In this document: piece after piece, positions 56,901 through 64,000 of the stretch | Numbering within the stretch: position 1 is the stretch's first letter | How the letters are laid out: each line of letters begins with the position of its first letter | DNA from: Polyangiales bacterium | Lineage (GTDB): Bacteria; Myxococcota_A; Polyangia; Polyangiales; Polyangiaceae | Length of the DNA: 64,000 bases | Direction: 5' to 3' | Assembly: GCA_038231275.1 (NCBI GenBank) | Contig: JBBRLQ010000017.1 | Location: forward strand, 64,001-128,000 | Made by a program: the position numbers and the translations under genes | Notes under the pieces: model-generated | What the model was told of the DNA's origin: nothing | The model's database searches: none | The model's input: the letters and a program-made list of their open reading frames with translations, nothing else

Positions 56901-58782
56901 GAACGGACGCGTCGTCATCCACGTTCCGCTCGGCGACATCGAGACGACGTGGCGCATCGCGCTCGTCGGCGTGCCCGACGGCGCGACCCCCGCGACCGCG
57001 TCGGTCGACGTCGCCTCCGAGCTCCCCCTCGCCGCGCACATCGACGCGGGCACGCGTTGGGTCGAGGGGGATAGCGTCGACGCCGTGATCGCCGTTCGCA
57101 ATCGCGCCGCGGTGCCCAAGCGCGCGACGCTGACGGTCACGGCGGGCGGCGTCCTCGAGCTCGTCGGCAGCGCGCGCGAGATGTCGCTCGACGTCCCCGC
57201 GGGGGGCATCGCCACGACGCGCGTTCGTGCGCGCGCGCGGCGTGCCGGCACCGCGGAGCTCTCCGTCGTCACGCGCGCACCGGGCCTGCCCGACGACGTC
57301 GCGCGCCACGCTTGGGAGGTGCGCCACGCGGGCGAGGCGGTGGACGTCGCGCACGTGCAGTGGATCGAAGGCGAGAACGAGCTCGGCCCGTGGCTCGATC
57401 CCAAGCCGTACGTGGCCCTCGGCCCCGCGCGTTTGATCCTCGAACGAGGGCTCGATGTGTCGCTCTCCTCGGCGCTCGACGCGCTCGATCCGGACCACCT
57501 CCGGAGCGCGCCAGAGCTCGCCGACGCCCTCGAGGTCGCGTCACGCTTGCGCGCGTGGGGGATCACGCGGGGCGGCGAGCAAGATCCGCTCGTGGTGCGC
57601 GCGACGACGATCCAGAGGAGGGCGACCGGTCGCCTCGCGGCCTACGCGCACCTCGCGGGGGCGCACGTGCGCGGCAGCGTGGCCGAGCGCGCATCGCTCT
57701 TCGCAGCGCCCGGCGAGGCAGGCGCGCTCGGCCCGCCTGCGGAGTGCCCGGTCGACGCGCCGGACGGCGATCTGCTGGCCGCGGTCGACGGTCTCGACGC
57801 CGAGCCTGCGCCGATGGCCGGCGGCGTCGCCAGCTGCTGGGACGCGTACGTGACGACGACGCTCGACGACGTGGACCGGAGCGGCGACCCGACCGCGGTG
57901 GCGCGCGCGCTCTTGGCCCTCGCCGATCGCCCGCATCGCGCCGCGCGCGCGCACGACACCGCCGAGCGGCTCGCTGCGCTGGTGGGCCTCACGAAAAGAG
58001 AGCCGCTCGCGGCGATCACGCTGCCTCCCAGCGCCGCGCGGGATCGGGCCGCGCGCGCGACGGTCTACGCGGGCCTCGTCCGCGCGATCGCGATGGACCG
58101 CGCACGCGCCGCCGAGCTCCCGCGCCTCATCGCGTGGACCGCCGTGCAGCGCGATCCACAGGGAGGCTACGGCTCGAGCAGCGCCACGCGCGCCGTCGTT
58201 CGCGCCCTCCTCGCCGCGAGCCCGCCGCCGTCGTCCGAGAAGCTCGTCGCGCACGTCGTGGTCGACGGAAAGGCAATGGACCTCGTGGTGCCGCCTGGCG
58301 CAGGCGTCGCCGCGATCACGCTCCCCGCGGGCGCGGAGGAGCTCACGGTCACCGCGAAGGGCGTCCTCGCGCGACTCGAGCGCCCCGGCCTCCGCCCATG
58401 GACCCTCCCGGAGCCAGGCGAGCCGCACGGCGCGCTCCACGCCGATATCACGTGGCCCGCCACCGCGCGCGCCGGCCGGACGGGCCTCCTCCGCGTCGCG
58501 CTCCGTCACGATGGTGGACACGCGGCCCTCGTCGACGTGAAAATCCCCCTTCCCCCCGGCGTCACGCTCGCCGAGCCCATTCCCACCGTGCGCCAGGTCC
58601 AGGGCGTCCTGACGCTGCGGCGCCAGGTCGATGGCACGCGCTTGCCGAACATCCTCGAGATCCCGATCCGCTTCCTCCTCGAGGGGAAAGTGACCGTGCC
58701 CGAGGCCCAAGCGCGCTATGCGCTCCAGGACGCGCCGCGCGTCGTCGTCCCCGCGCGGCCGTTTTCCGTCGCTTCTCCTTGA
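53971..58782 (+). CDS. alpha-2-macroglobulin-like protein (MG domains) lacking the thioester motif
   Basis: TDVSGTA, FWSPPMRTDANGR..LGDIETTWRI, GGYGSSSAT, IPLPPG; no CxEQ. Confidence 0.82.
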   Translation: MNPQRRRRPFPSARLLLSFVVLGVAALSAAGRSSDAAGAPDPAARGLDLFLHVPGQAPPRGILPVQVEAIGFPTAVTTQPLANVTIEAVWNPEHLGTHVSVAPPAVRVNADATGRAHLDVPVPDGDEMELELLVGVRSGAHTRTQAVKVKRVRPYDVALFVPDRRVVPGSTISAWVLVTSALSGTPVPRAPLTLRLGEGGVPRFEVELTTDVSGTAMARVPIPMTEEPAWTWHLSAAARLGAFAAGDSGIDLTPREESPGKPQLHATWNEDSVLAGDPAHFVLRVRDANDQPVAGQAVRYWVGPRGTEPPDDATAWEKASTRALTSSAGEITAEAATPSTLVIGVGSQLRVVARASVDGRDLTSQAWVTVGAPAAEATLAPEGDRVVPGLEQRVFLSVHDGKGRPVSAPFRVDGDGLVAHVRTDDHGEAEISWRAPLDLGAERQTGPCAGGVAAAVTVRAEAQVAALATHPDPFELCVKVDRDATSLVRTDRTLVRAGDKVHVRVVTSDGKGPRTRRAKGPWSVVASNHAGTSSASAWIEDGEAGGDVAIPTGASGVWSLSATSPGGQAQARVTAGAALVIPPVLPKLAAKVTGGRATPGGAVDVEAVLTDAAGHGLAGSVSAVVIDRFGGGSIGGLSSLDTRRKLCTDAGADDERCDPFVEGDPSLEPLRRSLLGGRGDALSPVNDPEGRMQAELRDAFRAVVKSLEGAVFEAAHTPEQLRDVRRRGSDGAWQWNPELMTLVTAAMEPKPITPGGEPLSLGDLFAIDGQVTFSNVARRITRLKLFRVLAEMRRFKIEKALDADEPALRDPNALLRRLVRDERLEEAALVDPWGGSLRFMQTTAAPVPFMTVARGWELRAPGPDGVAGTVDDVRDPFERVLKSGTPYAIAVQEDRIVDAKWDMEVGETTVSAWQTMFEELTGSALGSGGGVGAGGIGLGGVGSGGGGIGHGRAGSVRVTTGNPSGVAFWSPPMRTDANGRVVIHVPLGDIETTWRIALVGVPDGATPATASVDVASELPLAAHIDAGTRWVEGDSVDAVIAVRNRAAVPKRATLTVTAGGVLELVGSAREMSLDVPAGGIATTRVRARARRAGTAELSVVTRAPGLPDDVARHAWEVRHAGEAVDVAHVQWIEGENELGPWLDPKPYVALGPARLILERGLDVSLSSALDALDPDHLRSAPELADALEVASRLRAWGITRGGEQDPLVVRATTIQRRATGRLAAYAHLAGAHVRGSVAERASLFAAPGEAGALGPPAECPVDAPDGDLLAAVDGLDAEPAPMAGGVASCWDAYVTTTLDDVDRSGDPTAVARALLALADRPHRAARAHDTAERLAALVGLTKREPLAAITLPPSAARDRAARATVYAGLVRAIAMDRARAAELPRLIAWTAVQRDPQGGYGSSSATRAVVRALLAASPPPSSEKLVAHVVVDGKAMDLVVPPGAGVAAITLPAGAEELTVTAKGVLARLERPGLRPWTLPEPGEPHGALHADITWPATARAGRTGLLRVALRHDGGHAALVDVKIPLPPGVTLAEPIPTVRQVQGVLTLRRQVDGTRLPNILEIPIRFLLEGKVTVPEAQARYALQDAPRVVVPARPFSVASP

Positions 58783-58827
58783 CGGCCCTGCCTCCCGGAT
58801 GATGCTTCTGGCATCGAAGGAAAGGCC

Positions 58828-60021
58828 ATGGCCCCGACCACCTACACGGATCTGATCGCGAGCGTTCGCAAAGAAGTCAAAGAGGTCTCGCTCGAAGAGC
58901 TGAAGCGCCGCCTCGACGCGCGTGAGCCGTACGTGCTCCTGGACGTGCGCGAGAAGGAGGAGTACCGCGCGGGCTACATCCCCGGCGCGATCTCGATCCC
59001 GCGAGGCTTCCTCGAGATCCAGGTCGAGCAGCGCCTCCCCGAGAAGAACGCGAAGATCGTCGCCTACTGCGCAGGCGGGACACGCTCGGCCCTCGCGGCC
59101 AAGACGCTCGCCGAGCTCGGCTACACGAACGTCGAGACCGCCAACCCCGGCTTCGTCCGCTGGAAGGATCTCGGCTTCCCGATGGATACGCCGCCGCAGC
59201 TCACCGAGGCGCAGCGCGATCGCTACTCGCGCCACATCCTCCTGCCGGAGGTCGGCGACGTCGGGCAGGCGAAGCTCCTGAAGAGCAAGGTGCTCCTCCT
59301 CGGCGCGGGCGGCCTCGGCTCACCGGCGGCGCTCTACCTCGCCGCGGCGGGCGTCGGCACGCTCGGCATCGCGGACGCGGACGTGGTCGACGCGTCGAAC
59401 CTCCAGCGCCAAATCCTCCACGCGACGAGCCGCGTCGGCATGCCCAAGGTCGAGAGCGCCGCGAAGGCCCTCCAAGATCTCAACCCCGACGTGAAGGTCA
59501 TCGGCCACGAAGAGCGCGTCACCAGCGCCAACGTGGAGCGCCTCTTCAACGACTACGACGTCGTCGTCGACGGCACCGACAACTTCCCCACGCGGTACCT
59601 CGTCAACGACGCGAGCGTCTTCCTCGGCAAGCCCGTCGTGCACGGATCCATCTTCCGCTTCGACGGCCAGTGCACCACCTTCATGCCCGAGAGCGCCGCC
59701 AAGAAACTCGGCGTCCCGAGCGGCCCCTGCTACCGCTGCCTCTACCCCGAGCCGCCGCCGCCGCACCTCGCGCCGAGCTGCCAAGAGGCCGGCGTCCTCG
59801 GCATCTTGTGCGGCATCATTGGCACACTGCAGGCGACCGAGGCGATCAAGATCCTCCTCGGCAAGGGAGATCTGCTCGTCGGACGCCTGCTCACCTACGA
59901 CAGCCTCAAGATGAAGTTCCGTGAGCTGAAGCTCCGCAAAGACGAGGCGTGCCCGGTGTGCGGCCCCAAGCCGACCATCACGAGCTACATCGACTACGAG
60001 GGCTTCTGCGCGATCGGGTGA
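58828..60021 (+). CDS. moeB: rhodanese-MoeB/ThiF fusion (MoeZ-like sulfur-carrier adenylyltransferase)
   Basis: LDVRE..YCAGGTRS; RYSRH, GAGGLGS, SNLQRQ, DGTDNF, CYRC, CPVC. Confidence 0.95.
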   Translation: MAPTTYTDLIASVRKEVKEVSLEELKRRLDAREPYVLLDVREKEEYRAGYIPGAISIPRGFLEIQVEQRLPEKNAKIVAYCAGGTRSALAAKTLAELGYTNVETANPGFVRWKDLGFPMDTPPQLTEAQRDRYSRHILLPEVGDVGQAKLLKSKVLLLGAGGLGSPAALYLAAAGVGTLGIADADVVDASNLQRQILHATSRVGMPKVESAAKALQDLNPDVKVIGHEERVTSANVERLFNDYDVVVDGTDNFPTRYLVNDASVFLGKPVVHGSIFRFDGQCTTFMPESAAKKLGVPSGPCYRCLYPEPPPPHLAPSCQEAGVLGILCGIIGTLQATEAIKILLGKGDLLVGRLLTYDSLKMKFRELKLRKDEACPVCGPKPTITSYIDYEGFCAIG

Positions 60022-60037
60022 AGCGTCGGTCGCTTAC

Positions 60038-61297
60038 TCAGTAAGGAAGCTCGCGTTCCATCTCCGCCTTCGGGGCGGGGACCGGGGCGACGTCGGACGG
60101 TGACGCGGGGGCCGGCGTCGCGGGCGCATCCGTCGCGGGGGCCGCGTCGGGCTTCTTGATCTGCGGGAGCTCTTTCTCGATCGTCGCGAGCAGATCCTCG
60201 ATCATCGCGCGCGCGTCCTTCTTCTCGTGCGCGTCGGCATCGCCGGGTGCGCCCGGCGCCGGCGCCGGCGGCGGCCACTGCGACACGTAGCGCGGCGCCT
60301 CGCCAGGACCGCTGGCGTCGATCCACGTGACGTGACCCGTCCCCGGATCGCGCACGTCGACGTGCACGAACGAGCTGTTCGGGTAGTAGCCACATCCCGT
60401 GTCGGTGAGCGTCTTGCAGAACGCGACGACGTCCTCGTTCTTCACGCCGTCGATGCGAAAGTCCATCGCGCGGCCGCTCGCGTGGTAGCTGCCGGCCGAG
60501 CTGGGGCGGGATCCCGAGATGATGCTCACCTTCGTGGGCACACCGGCCTTCGCGAAGTGCTCGCTCACGAGGCCGAGGCGCTCGATGAGCCCCGCGTCGA
60601 TGCTCACCGCCGGCTTGTCGGTTCCGCCGGGGCGCAAGAGAACGCCCATCTTGTCGGCCGCGCCGGGCGCCGGGCTGCCGTCGCACTTGGTCAGCGTGAC
60701 CTCTTCGTCGTCGGTGCCGCGCGCGACATGAATCGGCGCGTGGAGGCACGGAGGCTTCTGGCCCTTTTGGCCGCGCGCGAGGAGGGTGCGCGTGCGCGGT
60801 TGCGCCTTCGGCTCTTCGGCCGCGCGCGGAGACGGCGGCGGCAACGGCGGCAGCGAGTCGAGGTCCGACGAGATCGCGACGGCCAGCGAGGTACCTGGGA
60901 CCGCTTGCTTGTCATTGCCGCTCTTCGCGGGCGTCTTCTTCCCGTCGGCGCGGCGAGCCTCGCGCTTCTTGCCGACGTGCTTCATGTCGGTCTTCTTGGT
61001 TTCGCCCTTCTTCACGTCCGCCTTCGGCGCGACGTCGACGGGCTTGCTCATCGCGACGGCGACGCCGTGCGTGTCGGGCTTGTTGTCGATGACGTGCTTG
61101 CGACGGCTGGTGGCGGCGAGCTTCGGCGACGCCTGCCGGCTCTTGCCGTGCTTGGCCGACGAGCGCGGCGAGGTGTGAACAGCGTGCGACGACGACGACG
61201 ACGGCGGCGCGCTGCTCGCGGTCGTGGGGGCGGCCAGCGCGATGGGCGCGCTGAGAACGATGGTCAATGCGAGTGCGAGGGCGGCTTTGAAGGGCAT
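60038..61297 (-). CDS. YcbK/DUF882 (peptidase M15-like) secreted protein with Lys-rich N-terminal linker
   Basis: Signal peptide; IISGSR, SYHASGRAMD, GYYPNSSFVHVDVR; GGAGG before ATG 61297. Confidence 0.88.
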   Translation of the reverse strand: MPFKAALALALTIVLSAPIALAAPTTASSAPPSSSSSHAVHTSPRSSAKHGKSRQASPKLAATSRRKHVIDNKPDTHGVAVAMSKPVDVAPKADVKKGETKKTDMKHVGKKREARRADGKKTPAKSGNDKQAVPGTSLAVAISSDLDSLPPLPPPSPRAAEEPKAQPRTRTLLARGQKGQKPPCLHAPIHVARGTDDEEVTLTKCDGSPAPGAADKMGVLLRPGGTDKPAVSIDAGLIERLGLVSEHFAKAGVPTKVSIISGSRPSSAGSYHASGRAMDFRIDGVKNEDVVAFCKTLTDTGCGYYPNSSFVHVDVRDPGTGHVTWIDASGPGEAPRYVSQWPPPAPAPGAPGDADAHEKKDARAMIEDLLATIEKELPQIKKPDAAPATDAPATPAPASPSDVAPVPAPKAEMERELPY

Positions 61298-61422
61298 CGA
61301 AAAATCCTCCGGCAAGACCGTTGTGCCTACATCCGACTACAAGGGCCAAATGTTCGACCTCTTTTTCTTTCGTCTGCTGTTGCCTCGCGGACGAAGCTGG
61401 GGCATCCGGGGCGCGTAGCTCG

Positions 61423-61905
61423 ATGCCCCTTCGCCACGACTTCCACGACCCGATCTCGAAGCAGCGCCAGCGTCAGCTCGCCGCGCTCGAGGCTCTGTTC
61501 GCCCCGCGCGCGCCCGCTGCACTTCCGCCGCCCGCGCCGAGCACGCGCGCGCTCGCGAAGATCGTCGCCCATCGCGCGGCCGATCCGGCGCGCGATCGGC
61601 TCGTCGCAGGGCTGCTCGCGGCGGACGGGGCAGAGGCGGTGCGCCGCGCGGTCCTCGCGCTCGAAGGCGCAGGTCACGCGGTGCCGCGCGAGCAAGACGC
61701 GCTGCTCCGCGTCCTCCAGCACCCCGACGAACGACGCGTGCGCGCGGCGATCGACGATCTCGCCGCGCTGTTCGTCAACGGGGTGCCGCGACGCCGCACC
61801 GTGCTCGAGGCGCGGCTACGTCGTCTCGAGGATCTGGCCGACGATCCCGAGACGCGCGAGGCGGCGACCGCCCTGCGACGCCGCGTGCACCGCGCCGAGG
61901 CGTGA
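61423..61905 (+). CDS. hypothetical helical protein
   Basis: Start moved to ATG 61423; HEAT-like amphipathic helices; GTGA overlap with the next gene. Confidence 0.65.
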   Translation: MPLRHDFHDPISKQRQRQLAALEALFAPRAPAALPPPAPSTRALAKIVAHRAADPARDRLVAGLLAADGAEAVRRAVLALEGAGHAVPREQDALLRVLQHPDERRVRAAIDDLAALFVNGVPRRRTVLEARLRRLEDLADDPETREAATALRRRVHRAEA

Positions 61906-62318
61906 TGGATCGCGCGACCTTCGAGGCCAAGTACAAGACGCTCCTCGCCGCGCGACGCAGCCAGACGAGCAACACCGGCTGCGTCTCCTGCGAAGGCTGC
62001 GAGCGCTGCGCCGACTCCACGTTCTGCACTGAGAGCACAGGCCTCGTCCGCTCGCACTACTGCAAAGAGTCGAGCGACTGCACCGACTCGTCGCACCTCC
62101 TTCGTTGCAAGGGATGCCTCTCGTCGCAACACCTCACGGACTGTGAAGGGTGCAGTCAGAGCGCCTACCTCGTGCGGTGCGTCGGCCTCACCGGCTGCAC
62201 GTACTGCTTCGGCTGCGTCGGCGTCTCGCGGAAGGACTTCCACATCCTGAACGAGCCGTACGATCGTCAAGCGTACTTCGAGCTCACCGCTCGCCTCGCG
62301 CGCGAGCTGCGCGTCTGA
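61902..62318 (+). CDS. Cys-rich CxxC-repeat protein
   Basis: CVSCEGCERC..CTYCFGCVG..FHILNEPY..YFEL. Confidence 0.85.
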   Translation: MMDRATFEAKYKTLLAARRSQTSNTGCVSCEGCERCADSTFCTESTGLVRSHYCKESSDCTDSSHLLRCKGCLSSQHLTDCEGCSQSAYLVRCVGLTGCTYCFGCVGVSRKDFHILNEPYDRQAYFELTARLARELRV

Positions 62319-62325
62319 GGACGGC

Positions 62326-62781
62326 ATGAGGGCGGTCGTCCAGCGCGTCGACGAGGCCGAGGTCACCGTCGCCGGCGAGACGACGGGGAAGATCGCGCAA
62401 GGCCTGCTCGTATACTTGGGCGCCGGCAAAGGCGACACCGACGCCGATCGCACCTATGTGCTCTCGAAGGTGCTCGGCTTGCGCATCTTCGAGAACGACG
62501 CCGGCAAGATGGACAAGAGCGTCGTCGACGTCGGCGGGGGCCTGCTCGTCGTCAGTCAGTTCACGCTCTACGGCGACGTACGGCGCGGCCGGCGGCCGAG
62601 CTTCGACGACGCGATGCCACCCGAGGACGCCGAGCGCGCGTACGACGCCTTCGTCGCCGCGGCGCGCGCGGAGCTCGGCCGCGATCGCGTGAGCACCGGT
62701 TCCTTCCGCGCCGACATGCGCGTGCGCAGCGTCAACGCAGGCCCGGTCACGATCTGGATCGACAGCGCGAAATCGAGCTGA
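62326..62781 (+). CDS. dtd: D-aminoacyl-tRNA deacylase
   Basis: MRAVVQRV, LRIF, VSQFTLYG, GRRPSF, NAGPVT. Confidence 0.96.
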   Translation: MRAVVQRVDEAEVTVAGETTGKIAQGLLVYLGAGKGDTDADRTYVLSKVLGLRIFENDAGKMDKSVVDVGGGLLVVSQFTLYGDVRRGRRPSFDDAMPPEDAERAYDAFVAAARAELGRDRVSTGSFRADMRVRSVNAGPVTIWIDSAKSS

Positions 62782-62834
62782 AATTCCGGGTATCCAGCGT
62801 TGCGCGGCGAGGACGTGCGCGCTACTCCTGGTCC

Positions 62835-63968
62835 GTGCGTTCGTGGGCAAGCATCGTTTCGTGTGTCGCGTCGGCCATCGCCGTCGCGGCGTGCGGCGCG
62901 TCCACCAACACCGCGTCGGAGAGCTTCGTCGACGCAGGCGCTCCGAACGATGATGCCGTCGCGACCGACGCAGACGCCGCGCGCGACGCGATCGCAAACC
63001 CGGGCCCGCGCGACGGCGCCACCGATCTCGCTCCCGCCGACACATGGACATGGCTCGACGTCCCCGGCGCGCGCTGCGCGAACGGATCGCCGACGGGCAT
63101 CGGCGTCAACGTCCACCCGGGCGCGAAGCGCGTCTTCGTCTTCTTGCAAGGCGGCGGCGCGTGCGCGACGGCCGACACGTGCTGGATCCATCCGACCGCG
63201 ACGAACATGGCGACGGGCTACGGCGTGGCGAGCTTCGTGAAGGACGTGCCCAACCTCGCGGCGCCGCTCCAGCGCTCGATCCTGAACCCACTCCGCGACG
63301 CTACGTTCGTCTACGTCCCCTACTGCACGGGTGACGTGCACGTCGGCACGGGCGTCGCGACGTACTCGGTCGATGGCATCGACACGCCGACGTACCACTA
63401 CGGCGCGCGCAACCTCGACCTGTACATGGCAAAGCTCGCCGCCGCGTTGCCTCGCCCCGATCGCCTGTGGATCTACGGCGCAAGCGCCGGCGGCTATGGC
63501 TCGTTCTTGAACCAGGAGGCGGTGACGACCGCGTTCGGCGGCGTGCGCGTCGATCTCGTCGACGACTCCGGGCCTCCCATCGACTCGTCCGCGATCGGCG
63601 ACGCCGCCGCCAACGCGTGGGGCGCGCGCATCTCCCCTGCGTGCACCGACTGCGTCGGCCCCAAGATGCTCACCAAGGCGTTCGCGTACGCGCGCGCGAA
63701 ATATCCCGACACGCGCTACGCATTCGTCACCTACCAGACCGACACGGTGCTCCCGAGCCTCTACGGCGTCACCCCCGCCGACTTCGCGGGGGAGCTCTCG
63801 CAGCTCGTCACGAGCCTCGCCGCCGATCCGAACGCGCGGACGTTTCTCGCCATCGGTTCCGGGCACGTCGTCGGATCGACCAGCAGTCCGCTCACCGGCG
63901 TCCACCTCTTGTCGTTCCTCGGCAAGATGGTGACCGACGATCCGACGTGGGCGAACGTCGTCGAGTAG
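62835..63968 (+). CDS. pectin-acetylesterase-family (Notum-like) lipoprotein
   Basis: Lipobox VAAC; QGGGAC, YVPYCTGDVH, GASAGGYG, DSGP. Confidence 0.88.
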   Translation: MRSWASIVSCVASAIAVAACGASTNTASESFVDAGAPNDDAVATDADAARDAIANPGPRDGATDLAPADTWTWLDVPGARCANGSPTGIGVNVHPGAKRVFVFLQGGGACATADTCWIHPTATNMATGYGVASFVKDVPNLAAPLQRSILNPLRDATFVYVPYCTGDVHVGTGVATYSVDGIDTPTYHYGARNLDLYMAKLAAALPRPDRLWIYGASAGGYGSFLNQEAVTTAFGGVRVDLVDDSGPPIDSSAIGDAAANAWGARISPACTDCVGPKMLTKAFAYARAKYPDTRYAFVTYQTDTVLPSLYGVTPADFAGELSQLVTSLAADPNARTFLAIGSGHVVGSTSSPLTGVHLLSFLGKMVTDDPTWANVVE

Positions 63969-64000
63969 CTCGCTCCTTCGTAGTTCGGTGCCGTGTCACG

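Noticed and set aside
57568..57585. GGEQ in the macroglobulin as a thioester site
   Set aside because: No Cys, and it lies downstream of the expected position
58828..60021. MoeB/ThiF as the E1 of a ubiquitin-like defence or RiPP system
   Set aside because: No adjacent E2, JAB, ubiquitin-like or precursor gene; it looks like a housekeeping MoeZ-type enzyme

Overview
A densely coding, very high-GC 64 kb chromosomal segment. Gene content and lipoprotein style suggest a Myxococcota/Polyangiales-type bacterium (inference). I see about 52 CDS and no rRNA, tRNA, CRISPR array, transposase or integrase. Recognisable modules: an FHA-sigma54 enhancer-binding protein (EBP), a 5'-truncated FabH-like fragment, tamA-tamB, a triple-thioredoxin/DsbA-FKBP fusion, a moxR-DUF58-batA-E cluster interrupted by three genes (one a cytochrome P460-like lipoprotein), an NtrC / histidine kinase / degenerate-NtrC triad, a flotillin, pilB-pilT without pilC, an FHA protein and Ser/Thr kinase, a degenerate 5'-nucleotidase, OmpA/MotB, BON, a thioester-less alpha-2-macroglobulin with a GspG-like insert, rhodanese-moeB, a YcbK/M15 peptidase, dtd and a pectin acetylesterase. 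Best leads: (1) a catalytically dead, HTH-less EBP paralogue sitting behind its own sigma54 promoter next to an intact EBP and kinase, a possible feedback anti-activator; (2) pervasive TAnnnT-N6/7-start geometry implying leaderless mRNAs, apparently also at two sigma54 promoters; (3) a P460-type cytochrome with an SD-occluding leader; (4) several pseudo-enzymes and unusual domain fusions. Family calls come from motif recognition by eye. No database search was run, so novelty is unverified. Many starts were moved from the ORF track to better-supported codons.
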